From: Lama glama
Lineage: Eukaryota
Direction: 5' to 3'
Assembly (NCBI GenBank): GCA_028534125.1
Contig: CM052817.1
Coordinates: 77,006,001-77,070,000, forward strand
Length of the DNA stretch: 64,000 bases
This document shows, piece after piece, positions 40,236 to 53,538 of this stretch (position 1 is its first letter; each line of letters opens with the position of its first letter). The position numbers and the translations under genes are program-made. The notes beneath the pieces are model-generated. The model saw only the letters and a program-made list of their open reading frames with translations. It had not been told where the DNA came from and made no database searches.

Positions 40236-40323
40236 GGAGGTGAGGGTATGGGTCAGTGGTAGAGCGCATGCTTAGCATGCACGAGGTCCTAAATTCAATC
40301 CCCAGTAACTCCATTTAAAAAAA
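40236..40323 (+). mobile_element. Short form of the camelid-type SINE (tRNA-like head plus poly(A))
   Basis: gagggtatgggtcagtggtagagcgcatgcttagcatgcacgaggtcc..ttcaatccccagta then poly(A); TSD aaaaggaaaaact at 40223 and 40324. Confidence 0.85.
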
Positions 40324-41243
40324 AAAAGGAAAAACTAACAAGACATCAAGATTTAACATGCACCTTGCCCACCCACAAAAGGACTGCAGCTCTCCAAGCT
40401 CACACCTGAACTGTATCCTGCAACACTTCCATTGGTTCTTCCCGCCAATTTGTTGGAATGACCCTAAACTAGGTCTCTATGTTTTGAAATAGGAGTTTTC
40501 CATGTGCTCCCCTGATACTTACACTCAAACAGAAACCACTGCCCTGGGCTGGCTGCTGGCATTCTAAGACCTGAGACATCTGGTCATGGGGCATCTCCAA
40601 GGAAAATGCAAAAAGGGATACTGTGACAATGTGGTAGCATCAGGTTGTGGTCACATGTTAAAACAACCATGGTCCCCAGAAAACCCCTCAGCCATTGTGA
40701 AAGGCAGCTGTTCCCTCCTCAGCTTCCATTCACATGAACATACACATACTTGTACACTGAAACTGTACCTTAATCACCTCATGCTTAGTATACAGTGCTT
40801 AGAAGGAGCCCCTATCCAAGGTAGCAACTTGTTTTGTGGAATGTGCTACCTACAACTCAAAGGAGAACCCTGGCACCATAATTCTATTCCATTCTATAAA
40901 GTGAACATATTTAGTTGCAGTTGCCATATTTTATATTTGGCTTCAAAATGATTTTTAACTTGATTCCATAATGATTCTCCACTACCAAAATAAGTGTTTT
41001 ATATACACCGTATATAGTATTCCTGTCAGCAAATTAGATAAAACAGAAGATATGTTAAAAGTGAAGTCAAATGGAAATCCAATTGTTAGATGCACTCCTA
41101 CTGAAGACTATTTCATTAGACTGCAGATAGACTATGATGATTCAGACTGATGTCCGTATTTAAACTCTTTTAGGAAATGGTTTAACTGAATCATGCTAAA
41201 AACACAACAAAAGTAAAACAAGAGAATAAATATTTCTTTTTAC

Positions 41244-41422
41244 CCTGGGAAAAGCTGCACGTGACAGCAGCTGCCATCTTCTGAGGGCACACCCCACCCT
41301 GCCAGATGTCTTTTTCACAAAGCAGTATATTTTCTTCATCTCCTCGGCAACGGACATTGCTCCAATAAATGGGAATAAGGCCCAGTCCAGAAAACGGGAT
41401 TTGTTTTGCTGCTCCTCTTCCT
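41244..41422 (-). CDS. PRSS12: Neurotrypsin exon 3 (179 bp), C-terminal half of SRCR1
   Basis: GRGAAKQIPFSGLGLIPIYWSNVRCRGDEENILLCEKDIWQGGVCPQKMAAAVTCSFSQ (in ORF 41191..41484); acceptor ttccag|, donor |gtaaaa. Confidence 0.95.
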
Positions 41423-42637
41423 CTGGAAGAACAGTGACTGAAGTTAGGTTTATCAAAGGTAGGTGAATTGTTATCAAGGCACAAGGATTTTTAAATGGAA
41501 GAAATAAAGATGGACATGGAAGAAAAAGAAAAACATAATGGACTATGTAAGTTCCAAGGATATCGAAACATCAGATCAGAACTTCGGTTGATTACCCATG
41601 GCAATCTTTTTAATTAATCTTGAATAACTAATGGTAGACATGTTCCTTTACTATCTATGGCTGATTTTAGAAGAAATGGGCAAATACTGCAGATAGAAAG
41701 AGGGAGCATGAGTGGCTCTGTGGAAGAAGCATGTCCTGTGGCCCAGTGGGACTTGAATTCCAGTCTAAACTCAGCTGCAGATCACTCTAAAGTCTCTCTA
41801 AGCACTGTCTCCTAATATTTAAAAAGAGAAGTCTAGAGGCTTGAAGATTCTTTCCTTCTCCAATATTTTAGGCTAGCATTTTCACAATGATTATTATTAC
41901 CACATCTAATCAGGATAATACCAATGGAGGCAACCCATTCACATTTTTAAAACCTGCCATATAGTATTTGCTAGAAAGACTTTGAAACCAATTAATAAAA
42001 TAATAACTCATCTAATCTACGTATTTTAACCTCTGATATGCACAAATTGGCACTAAATGTTTAAAGATTCAATGTTTATCTGAATAACATGGTAATCTCT
42101 AGAATTATCTCCATGCAACAGCTTCCATTAACCAAACAGTAACTATTTGGGAAATATCTAAAATATGAATATGTCTTAGCAGCAATAAAACTGGGTTGTT
42201 TTGCTCTTATTGTGTAATTCTTTTTTTTGCTTTAATGGGTTACTAAGAGATGACAGAAGCAATGAAGCGATCAGAGTGGCTTATCTAAAGTGCATATTTG
42301 CAGAAAGATAGTTTAGGTTCTTCCATCAATCAAAAGAGTAGTAACCTACTGCTGTGGTTCACATCTCCATCACTGTGTTCTTGTTTTCTTACGTCAGACT
42401 CTCACAGGAAACTTTTTTCTTCCCTGGTTTTCAGAGGTAATACAAGCACGAGTAGATATGTACAGCCTACAAATGTGTTCCGTCTTCAGGCCCTCAAAAG
42501 AAAAGGCATCAAGCCAGCATACCTCGTGACCTGCCCACCTGCTAATGACTGCTTGCCAGACAAAACACTCATTGATAAAAATCAGTAATTAACAACCTAA
42601 ATACCACAACACTTTATAGGCTCCTGCCTTACTCCTT

Positions 42638-42811
42638 TTTCTATTGAAGTATAGTTGATTTATAATGATGTGTTAGTTTCAGGTGTACATCAAAGTGATT
42701 CAGATATACATACATATTCTTTTTCAGATTCTTTTCCACTATCAGTTATTAAAGGAAATTGAATATAGTCCCCTGTTATAGTAGGTCCTTGTTGTTTGTC
42801 TATTTTATATA
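42638..42811 (-). mobile_element. LINE-1 3' end fragment with TSD
   Basis: attgaagtatagttgatttataat..gtaggtccttgttg; perfect 13-bp direct repeat tgccttactcctt at 42625 and 42812. Confidence 0.85.
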
Positions 42812-43598
42812 TGCCTTACTCCTTCTTTTATCTGATTTATTCCAAACCTCATTCTTAAAAATTAGTTAATTAAGTACATTATCCCTATTTGCTGCTCTAA
42901 TAGCATCAAAAGTCTGAACAAAACTAATGCCCTCAAGGTTTATTTTTTCTAAATACTCATTTCCCACTTTCCCAGTGGGAAGACAGGAAGCTGGCAAATT
43001 AAAATCCTTACTGATTTGACTGGAGTTGACTAACCTTTTCAATTGTGTCATCACTTTAGATACTGATTATTAATCCAAAATATTTATAAATTGCAAATCT
43101 TTCTTTCAATATTTTTGACCCACATTTTTCATAACAAGAATTTTCCATGCTTTCTAAACATCTCTGGTGATAAAAGGCCAGGAAAAACAGATGGCATGTC
43201 TACTTAGAAAAAAATCATTGAGACACGAAAACAGAACAATAAGAATAACAACAAAAATAAGCCCTTTTGTTCCAAAATGGAAACTTCCGCTTGTGGTGAA
43301 GCCCCTTGGCACGAGGCACAAAGGTGCAGGGCCTAGTGGAAGTCAGCGTACATGGATCTGTTTTAAGGAGAGTGTCTAGGGTCTTGGAAAAGCCTGCGGC
43401 GTCTCAGGATGGGGGACGCTGCTGGAGCTGAGGGGAGCTGCCGTCTCTCACAGGATCTCCTCAGCGCAGAAACCTGCACCACCCCTCACCCGGTACAGGA
43501 CAAGAGCGCAGGTGAACATCGCCTCCTGCACACACACAGAAACGGAATGCGTGCGTGGCTCAAGGTTGCCAACTGAAAATTGTCACTCGTCATCTGGT

Positions 43599-44038
43599 TC
43601 TAGAAGAATGAAGTCATGAGCTACCGCAGCCGCAGACCTCCAACACACCCCGAAAGGAGTCAGGGCAGAGATCAGGAATGAGGCATTCGGTGCTCTGGGA
43701 AAACTGGAAGAACAGGCCTTCAGATAGTTAGATATTTTCAGGATATTTTATGAGCCTAATTTTTTCTATCTTCTCATATCTAGAAAAGCACTAAAATCAT
43801 TATTGGTGACATCTGCTCCTTGTGACTAGCAGCAACCTTCTGCCAAAATGTGTGCTTGACTGCATGTACCCCCTTCACTAAAATCATATGCACACCGACC
43901 TCCCCCCACCACCTGCTCAGAGCAGTTTCTCAGAGCTATCTGAGAGGCTGTCTCCCAGACCATGGTTCTCATCTGGCCCTAAACAAAACCTTACTTAACT
44001 CCCAGATCTCACACTGTGCACTATTTTTTCAGTCAACA
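43599..44038 (+). mobile_element. Solo ERV-type LTR
   Basis: Resembles a cetartiodactyl ERV LTR from memory (gaacaggccttcagatagttagata..agcagtttctcagagctatctgagaggctgtctccc); ends ttttttcagtcaaCA; 5' border approximate. Confidence 0.65.
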
Positions 44039-44388
44039 GGTAGAAAAATTCCAAGCAACCTCAGGCTGCAAGGGCTACCGAGAAATTACATTTCCTGCTT
44101 CCTAGCACTAAACAATTATTTTGTTAAAGTCAAAGACCAAAAGATGCTTTTAACTTTTGACCACTTAGCATCTGCCCATTTCTTAGTCAGCAAGGGTAGT
44201 AAAGTGCACGTATATTTAAAAGAACTCACTCCTTCCATTAGGGGCTCTTTCTTCACAACTCTGCAGAGCAGAGAGTGAGGGAAGTGAAAATGAGGAAGGA
44301 AGATGTAACCTCTCCACCTTAATGATGGAAACTCAGCGTTGCTCTCCGATGTTAGCAGACTGATTTGGTCAAGGTTGGGGGAACTCAC

Positions 44389-44527
44389 CCCAGCTGCAGC
44401 TGGTGACAAATGACCGATGCATCAGAATCATCCCAGTGGCTGCTGCAGACTAAGCCCCAAACTCCATTTGCATAGACTTCCACTGTACCTTCAAACTCGT
44501 TTTTGCCACCGCGAAGTCGTACTGACC
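44389..44527 (-). CDS. PRSS12: Neurotrypsin exon 2 (139 bp), N-terminal half of SRCR domain 1
   Basis: Manual translation (G)[45 protein letters not shown](G); acceptor cttcag|, donor |gtgagt; not in the ORF track in this frame. Confidence 0.95.
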
Positions 44528-45992
44528 CTGAAGTGGAAAAGAATCCCAAAATCCTTTAATAGGAAACAATTCTTTGAATACACTGAACCAGTCCTTGGGT
44601 AACATGATTTTTCCACTGAAGTGGCAAGAGGTCCAGTCAGATCCAGATTTGGCCTCTACCGTTCACAGAAAGTGTGTCTTTCTTTCAATGAGGATTTAGC
44701 AGGCTCTTTTTTTTTTATTTGGTAATTAACATTCTGATGTCAGTGCTAATGATACTTTGTTTTATCTAGGCAAATAAAAAGTCCAATTATAATTTTCAAA
44801 GGGGAAAAGTATAAGAGTATGACTAATGTCTAATGTTGCATCCCAAATACAAGATCACATCACAAAGGAAGTTCTTACCATTTATGCATCACTCTTCATC
44901 TTCACATGAGGTCATAGATAAAAAACACAAACACAATTCAATGCTCTGCTTATAAATTAGCTATTACTGGTTATTATACCTTCCTTCTAACTGACTGGTT
45001 CTTCCACTAAAGAAGAATAAAATGCTTTCCCCCTTTTAGCCTCAAGCAATAGTCATGACAATTCTAAAGATTATACCTATCACTTCAGAGAGGGGTTAAG
45101 TGTTTAAAGACACTGCCTAATGTTAGTCTCAGAGAAACCGCCACTCAGTAGAGTGCTTTGGTGTAATCGAATGCCCCTGAAAGAACCTTTACTTCTCTTT
45201 ACATATCATCACCACTTAGCTGCTCCACAGTCCACTATTTGAGTCATTCTTTTCAGTCTTAAAAGAGTCAAAATTAAAATTCAAGCACCCCTAGGAAACA
45301 TAATATTTTAAGTCTTATCCCTTAAGTGTGGATCGAAGTGGTTACTTAGGCTTATCGTGGTGATCATTTCATAATGCATGCAGATGTCAAATCACTATGC
45401 AGTATATCTGAAACTAAAATAATGTTGTTCGTGAAATATATTTCCATTTTTTTAAAATGTGGATCAAAGGCTTACTGTCTCTTCTCATTGGCACTGGTTT
45501 GCAGGGCGGGTCCTGAGGGGCAGCAAGCGGGATATCAGCAGAGATAGAGTCAAACTCGGACTACTTAAGAATTTCACAAAATTTTGTGAAAAGTCACTTA
45601 GGATGGCCTTTATTTCATATGTAAAGAAACTAAGAAATTAAATTCTACCAGAAATTTCTGGCATGTTTAGCATATTTCAAACTCATTATGTATGGCTTTA
45701 CAATAACTTTCAAAAAATAAAAGATTCACAATTCATCACAAATTTCATTTGCACTAGCCTAGTCATCTACCACTATTATTTTCCACATCATCATCCTTAA
45801 AAAATGTAAGTACTTAAGAAAAACATATCCTATTTCTTATGAAAATACAAAGTGTCATTTAATTCAAACAAAAAGCAATAAAAAATGAAGGCAAACATTG
45901 CACTGCCAAATCCTGATTTTTCTGGAGAGCACATGGGCTTGGGTCATTCATGTGGCAGACAACCTAAATGTCATTCATATATTCTAAAATTC

Positions 45993-46126
45993 TTTTTTTT
46001 ATATTTTTTAAGGGGAAGGTAATTAGGTTTATCTAGTTATTTCTTTTGGTGGAGGAACCAGGGATTGAACCCAGGACCTTGTTCATGCTAAACATGTGCT
46101 CTAACCACTTAGCTGTCCCTCCTCCT
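45993..46126 (-). mobile_element. Camelid-type tRNA-derived SINE
   Basis: ggtaattaggttt..gggattgaacccaggaccttgttcatgctaaacatgtgctctaaccacttagc. Confidence 0.8.
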
Positions 46127-48579
46127 TTAAACTTCTTTAATTCAGACCAAGCAAGAGAAAGCCCTGTTTAGCTCAGTGAAAAGTGTTAACTATAGAATAT
46201 ATGTCTGAAGAGTTTACCTGAACTTTAATGATTTTTTAATCACAAATGTCTTCTATAGAGACCCACATAATATTATGCACATTACAAGTGCCAGCAGTCT
46301 ATTTCAATTCAAGGATTTCATTTGGTCAGTTCAAAAAGCGTTATTTGAAATAAGATTTAATTTATTATCTGTTTATTAATCCTCTCTCCACCACCAAATT
46401 ATTCATGTCAAAAGGCTGGAAGAAAGTTCTAGAAAACAAACTGGAACTCTACTTATGCATGTTAAATAATCATAATAAAATGTAAAATACGCCTAACTCA
46501 CTAAGAACTGGTCAAGAAGAAATGATGCATGTGTATTATTGAAATGAATAAGGTATCTCCAAATGAGATGGAGAAAACTCTGCATAAGGTATAATTGTTA
46601 CCATAACATCATTATAGTGAAAATGATAGCGCTAGAAATAGTTTCCAGGTCAGCTATTAGTTCCACCATCATTTCTCAAATGCTCCAAACATGCTGTGAA
46701 AGCCTGGCTTCATTTAGCTGTATCTGCTATGTGGCAAGAAATGTGGAATGCTCATCCAATTTTCTTTTAACAAATGAATACAAATATTTGCAATTCGGGA
46801 AGAGCAATTTGCATGTCAATGACTAATGAATTCTCTGTCAGAATCCATTCCCAACCCCAGCCTCCCCAAAGCACACCCACCCTAGCAGTGCTCCTCCACA
46901 TAGTTTATCCTTTCCTTAAGGCCATAAACATCTCTAAAATATTCTGAGTAATCATCTACCTTGAACTCAGAGTATTTCTTATTGGTACATAATTCCACAA
47001 AGTTCACAATTCTTCTAGTGATTTTTGAAAGAGCTTTTTAAAAATTATCAGCTTGATAATATGCCCAAAACAATAAAAGCAGGAACACACAATTCATACT
47101 ACATATATTTAAGATAGGCAGTAGTTTTTGTTTGGTTTTGGTTTTACTTTGCTCTTGCTTCATTGATTCTCGTAGAATGGTTGCGATGGTTGCAATCTTA
47201 AAAACTGTAATTCATTTCCTTCAATTCATGGATGAGGAAGCTAGGCACCCAATCAACTGAGCAGCTGCAGAGCCATGACCAACTATCTCCTCGTCTGCCA
47301 CCCTTGCCACTGTCCTCTTGTCTCTAAACCTAGCAAAGACCCTGTGATGTAATAAGCATCTTACTTCAGATACCACTTTATGCATTCTGCCATGTTGGCT
47401 TTAACCTTTCTTCTTGAAATATTGCAGCTAATCTACCAAACACTACATGGTGACAAACTAGCCAGGCTGAAGCTAAGAAACTTGAAGAGTTTCTCTACAC
47501 TGCACAGCAGGAGAGAAGTGGCTTTCTGGTGGTCTACATTTGAGGCTGACCCTCCAGGGTATTTGGCCCATGGGCTGTACAAATTTGTAGGAAGACTATA
47601 CATTTGCACAAATTTGTAGGTGTATAATTACAAGAGGCAATACCCTTAGCTCAATGTGGGGAGAGGGGGATGAAACAATAAAGCAATCCACAAAGGTCAT
47701 AAGGTCATAGCCTGGTAAACTCATTTCTACTGCTATCTCACTAACAATAAAGTTCTTCAGATACATTCTAGACCAAATTCTTTGGCAAATATTGTTCCAT
47801 TGTCACAATCTCTTATTGTCAAAAACTGATCCATCCTCCTTCGCTCCCGCATTCCTGCTCCAGTCCAGCACTTTGCAATGTTCTTCACAGTCTCAGCTAA
47901 CATCTACCAGCTACACCCCAGTAAATCCAGGCTGCACTGTCTTCAAGCCTCCCATGTGCCAATTTGATGGAAAATATTCTATTCTACAGATTCCTATATT
48001 TAAAATGTGATAATAACAATAATTTAAAATTTGAAGTCTCAAACAGAGGTTTTAGGTCAACTACAATAGGCATTACAAATTTACAGACTAACCCAGTAAT
48101 AGAAGAAAGTCTGGAATGATAAAGCTATGCATGGTGGCATGTCATGGAGAGAAGCCCCTAGAGTTCATGGAACAAATTGTTGCAAAAAAAAATTTTTGTA
48201 AAACAGTCAGCTGTACCAGTCTGCTGGTATTACAACTACCTAAAGGCAAAGTGTGCCGATGCACAATGCTCAGAATTCTATGACCTTAATTCCCTGTCGA
48301 AAACATTGAACTTACTCTCGTTTTAGTTTACTATTATTTCTCTTCTATGCAAACATACCTCCAGTTTTATAAAGGAAAAGAAACAAAAGATTTTTGTTAC
48401 AGAAATTCACTTTATGGACAACTCTGCTAAAAAAGAGGAATTCCCAAAACAAAGAGACATTCCAGAGGGCTACTCTTTAACCACATTGTCAGTCTCAATC
48501 AATCCAAGGTAGTCTAGAGGACAGCTGACTAGATTAAAATTCTCTTCACAAGTCTCCTTGGTGTTTAGGTTTTTAAGGC

Positions 48580-49003
48580 TGTTGGGATGTGTTAAATACT
48601 ACTCCCCCGAAGGATGTGGAGGTACTGACTTCCAGTGCCTAAGAACACGTCTGACTTTATTTCAAAACAGGGTCTTTGCAGATGATCAAGTCAAGATGAG
48701 GTCATTAGGGCACGCTGTAATCCAATATGACTATGTTCTTATAAAAAGGACAGATCTGGACAGAGACACATGTAGGAAGAACGCCATCTGAAGACTGCAG
48801 TTACACTCCCACAAGCCAAGGAACTATCAGAAGCTAGCAGAGGGCCCTGGAGCAGACGCTTCCCTAGTGCCTGCAGAGTATGCATGGCTCTGCTGACATT
48901 TTGATCTTGGACTTCTAGCCTCCAGAACTGTGAAATAGTAAGTTTCTGTTGCTTAAGCCATCAGTTTGTGGTACTCATTACAGTTTACCTAGTAAACTAA
49001 TAG
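48580..49003 (+). mobile_element. MaLR LTR (MLT1-like)
   Basis: agggtctttgcagatg..aagatgaggtcattagg..cacaagccaaggaac..ggacttctagcctccagaactgtga..aaactaata. Confidence 0.8.
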
Positions 49004-51204
49004 AGATATTATGGTATTACCCCTCCTTGGACAGCTGGCAAAACCTCCCTTTTCATACAGCGTACTTCAAGGAGGCCTAAAAGAAATATTAGGAAAGGAA
49101 ACATAGGTCAGCTATCTTTGTTCTCTAAGTACACCTTTTCCAAAATAAGCCAAATGAAAAGATACGCCTATGTAGTTAACTTCTTAAAATACGCTTACAG
49201 AATAGCATTCTCTCATTTGAAGAGGAAAGAAAAACAGCAAAAACAAAGGCCCATCCTCGCAGTGTTTTCTGAGTAGAATTAATAATAAATATTTTTAAAA
49301 TCTTTTAAAATTGCAATTTGATAAATGAGCAAAAGAAAATTGATGTTATCACACAAACCCTTTCTCATCTATTATGGAACTTCACAAAGGCACAAAATAA
49401 TTAATTTTAGTCATTTCCGTCATGCTGGTGGAGTCAGAAATGCCTGTGCTGGTGATAGTAAGCTATTGTTCAGATCCTTGGCAAAAAGTATGCTTAAAGC
49501 TGAAAGTGATGCATCAATTTCAGTTTATGAACTATTTAGAAGAAGAGAAAGAGGCCATTACATGTTGGACAATTCAGTACACGTATTTGACAAAGGACTT
49601 AAATGCAATCTTATATCTTATACCAAAGGCAACACTGGGAAAATAAATGATCATTTCCTATTTTAATTACAAAATATGGCAAAAAAAAATTCGCAATTCC
49701 TAAAAACAACTGAATTGGGAAGCTGTTAGTTGAATTTTTCAAGTACAGTAGGGGAGGCTATGTTCATTTTGATGTTATTTTTTTCCTATACCGTATGTGA
49801 CAGTACTAAGGTATTCTATTTTTGTCTATGATTATATTTACCCATAACTGAAACCAGTTTAACATTGTGAAATTGTAGATTTTATTCAAACCACCCCATG
49901 TCAAAATGAAATCAAAGCATCTTTTAACATATGGAGCTTTCTCATGAACTGATATCCAACTGAACTATATTTGCCCCCATTAGTTCACATCTATAATTCA
50001 TAAACTGTTCATTTATTATTCATGTAGATACCTTTAGTACTGAGAAAAAAATTATGAATTGGTCTAGCTCAAAATGAGAAAGTATCCTCTGAATAAGTGA
50101 TTCTACACATTTACATTGGGCTTATTAGAAATTTATAAATCTCATCGATTATCCTGGGATTAGAACATTATACAATATTATGCAAAAGAAGACGGCTCTA
50201 TGCACAGTTAAGTTATGGTATACTAACAATACTTGCATATAAATAACTCCAGCAGAAAATTTCACAAATTGTTTGTCTCTGAACTATTCACACATAAACA
50301 AATGGCATGGATATTACATTGTAATTTCATTGTACAGCATTGAATGACAAAATTAAACTATACTTAATGATAACCTCCTTCTCTGTCTCCCAGAGTACAT
50401 ATCACAGGAAAGGTAATAAAAATGCTTAGTATTCTTCTGATATCTCAGCTAGAGAGTGGGTGTCCTCAATCAGACAACAACACAGGTGATGCCTTTTTTG
50501 ATTTTTGTAAATTCTGCTCCCAGTATGAACTAAGTAAATGTTTAATGAAATCTACCCTTGCCCTGCTACAAGAATCAGCACTTCCCTCCCTTTGTGTCCC
50601 TCTGATGATCCTAATAAAAAGTATGAGACTGAATGTGCATGTGTGGCTTTTAGGGGGGAAAATCTCATTACCTCAGTGCTTTGCAAACAATAAATTTTTT
50701 ATTAATACTGTTATGCTGATTTGTAGGAAGAAGGAGAAGGAGTGAGAGAAGGGGACTGCTCTGGAAAAGTAAGATGCAAAAGAGGCAAAAGTCAACATTT
50801 TCTGATTTTTTAACAGCATGTCAACCATGTAGAAGGCAGCCTACAATTGTTCGTATAGTGCACAACTGAGTGCCTGTCAACTATGCAGACTAAAGGGGGA
50901 GGCTTCAGAGAACTGCTTTCTTTATGGGTTAATTCAGGGGGTAAAAAGTTAAAAATTAGAATTAAATTATGTTTACCCAACAAGTGAACTAACTTTCACA
51001 TTCTTAACAATGGAATTACTCATTTCAGACATAAATTGCTAGAACAGCAAATAGCATCTTAAAACAAGTAACTATGTTTCACTGATCAAATCAATGTCTA
51101 AATGTTACTTATTTACATGTGGCTAAAACAACGAATGAAGCATTTCACAGCATAATTTTTGAGTATTTATAACTATTTTTAACTGCATTACGTTTTCCCG
51201 ATGC

Positions 51205-51689
51205 ATTTTTTTTCTTTTTTTATTGAAGTATGGTTAATTTACAATATAGTGCTAGTTTCAGGTGAACAGCAAAGTGATTCAGTTATACATATATATATTC
51301 TTTTTCAAATTATCTTCCATTTAGGTTATTACAAGGTATTGAATACAGTCCCTGGTGCTACACAGTAGGTCCTTGTTGTTTATCTATTTTATATATAGCA
51401 GTTTGTATCTGCTAATCCCAAACTCCTAATTTATACCTCTCTTACTTACCCCCTTTCCTGTTTTGTAACCATAAGTTTGTTTTCTATGTCCATGAGTCTA
51501 TTTGTGTCCTGTAAATAAGTTCATTTTATCATTTTTTTAGATTCCACATATAAGTGATAGATAGCATATACTTATCTTTCTCTACCTGACTTACTTCACT
51601 TAATATGATAAACTCTAGGTCCATCCATGTTGCTGCAAATGGCATTATTTCATTCTTTTTTATGGCTGAGTAGTATTTCATCACACACA

Positions 51690-51742
<53 letters not shown>

Positions 51743-52152
51743 TCCACATCTTCTTTATCCAGTCATCTGTCAATGGACATTTAGGTTGCCTCCATGTCTT
51801 GGCTATTGCAAATAGTGCTGCTGTGAACACTGAGGTGCATCTATCTTTTCCACTTGGAGGTTCTCCAGATTTATGTCCAGGAGTGGGATTGCAGGATACT
51901 ATAGTAACTTTATTTTTAATTTTTTAAGGAATCTCCATACTGTCCACTATAGTGGCTGCACCAATTTACATTCTCACCAACAGTGTAGGAAGTTTCCTTC
52001 TTCTTCACACTCTCTCTACCATTAATTATTTGTAGACTTTTTAATGATGGCCATTCTGACTGGTGTGAAGTGATACCTCATTGTGAGTTCTGATCTGCAT
52101 TTCTCTAATAATTAGCAATATTAAGCATCTTTTCATGTGCCTGTTGGCCATC
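51205..52152 (-). mobile_element. LINE-1 fragment (end of ORF2 and 3'UTR) with internal (CA)n
   Basis: poly(T), attgaagtatggttaatttacaa..ccatccatgttgctgcaaatggc..agtggctgcaccaatttacattc..gatggccattctgactggtgtgaagtgatacctcattgtg. Confidence 0.9.
51682..51742. repeat. Interrupted (CA)n microsatellite
   Basis: Directly visible. Confidence 0.95.
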
Positions 52153-52159
52153 TCCCCAA

Positions 52160-52586
52160 TATAGGTTTTACCCTGCTATCCAAAAGAGAGTGTTCCTATG
52201 AAACCTTTTGTAAGCCAAACTGGCATAAAGCAAAGAAGCAATTAAACTTAGGACACATCTGCTAACAGATGCACAGAATAAATCAAGATAAAGCCAGATG
52301 CTCACAGACACAATTCAAAGCTATGGAGACTGATGCTGAGATGCTGCGTGTAGTTCCTGAAGAAGAAGGTTGGCAGTGCTACTCTCACTGCTCAGGGTAC
52401 ACACTGCTTCTGTAATGGCTCACTGCAAAACAAACACTGAATGCTCTTTTCAGTTTTCACCTTTTTTCATAAAAGCAAAACTTCCCTTTGGATCTCTCTT
52501 GGTTAACAAAAACAGGTACTAATGAGGTCTTTTGTAAAAGTGAAGTGACATAAAGCAAACTTTCAAAAAGTGGAGGATACCTGTAT
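52160..52586. mobile_element. Tc1/mariner (Tigger-type) DNA transposon fossil
   Basis: Imperfect terminal inverted repeats (taggttttaccctgctatccaaaag / ctttcaaaaagtggaggatacctg) flanked by TA. Confidence 0.55.
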
Positions 52587-53212
52587 AAGGACAAACCTCA
52601 ACCACACTTCTTAGCAGACTCTGTTGGTTCTCCTCAATAACCACCTGCTTCTCCCTGCAAGGAGAATCCCCATGTGTTCAGAAGTCAACACTAATCTAGG
52701 CAAGCGTAGTAATTGTATTTTCCCTTCCAGAGAGTGCCAAGCAGGAACATGTGATCCAGGTTTGGCTGATGAAATGCGAGAGGACATCTGTAGGGGAATT
52801 CTGGGAAGGACTCCTTGCTCTTTCAATGGGACATACATGAAGAGGGAGCCCTATCTCTCTTCTTCAAGTTGTTCTAGCTCCATATGAAACCCAGAGTAAC
52901 CATTAGCCTAAGGATAAAAGCCACACTTTGAGAATAAAGGAATCAAGAAAGTTGCAGAGAAACAGAGCTGTGCCATGCTGGAGACTGATTTCTTGTAATA
53001 TGAACAATAAATCACCTTATTTCTTCAGTTATTTTGAATTGAGTTTTCTATTCTTTGCCATCAAAACCACCCTAACAAAACAAGCCACACTCATACCACA
53101 ATCATAATTATCGTTTGCTTTCTCTTCCAAATTTTTCACAGCTATCTTTATTTCCACAGTTAGTTGTAATGTATATAAATTTTGTATCCATCTTTTCTCC
53201 TTTAATATTGTC

Positions 53213-53248
53213 ATAGACAGATAACTGGATAAAGAAGACGTGGTGTGT

Positions 53249-53291
<43 letters not shown>

Positions 53292-53538
53292 AATATTACT
53301 CAGCCATAAAAAATGAAATGTTATTTGCAGCAACATGGATGGACCTAGAGATTACCATATTAAGTGAAGCAAATGAGACAGAGAAAAACAAGTATCATAT
53401 GATGTCACTTATATGTGGAATCTAAAAAAAAAAGACACAAATTTTATTTACAGACCAGAAACCGACTCTCATGGACACAGAAAACAAACTGTGGTTACCA
53501 GGGGGGAGAAGGGAGGTAGGGCTAAGATTAGGAGTTTG
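53213..53538 (+). mobile_element. LINE-1 fragment cut by the assembly gap
   Basis: ggataaagaag..gaatattactcagccataaaa..gcagcaacatggatggacctagag..tcacttatatgtggaatctaaaaa, then runs into Ns. Confidence 0.88.
53251..53289. repeat. (AC)n microsatellite
   Basis: Directly visible. Confidence 0.95.

Noticed and set aside
43850..44278. 142-aa plus-strand ORF
   Set aside because: Begins inside the LTR with a non-ATG start and has no recognisable domain
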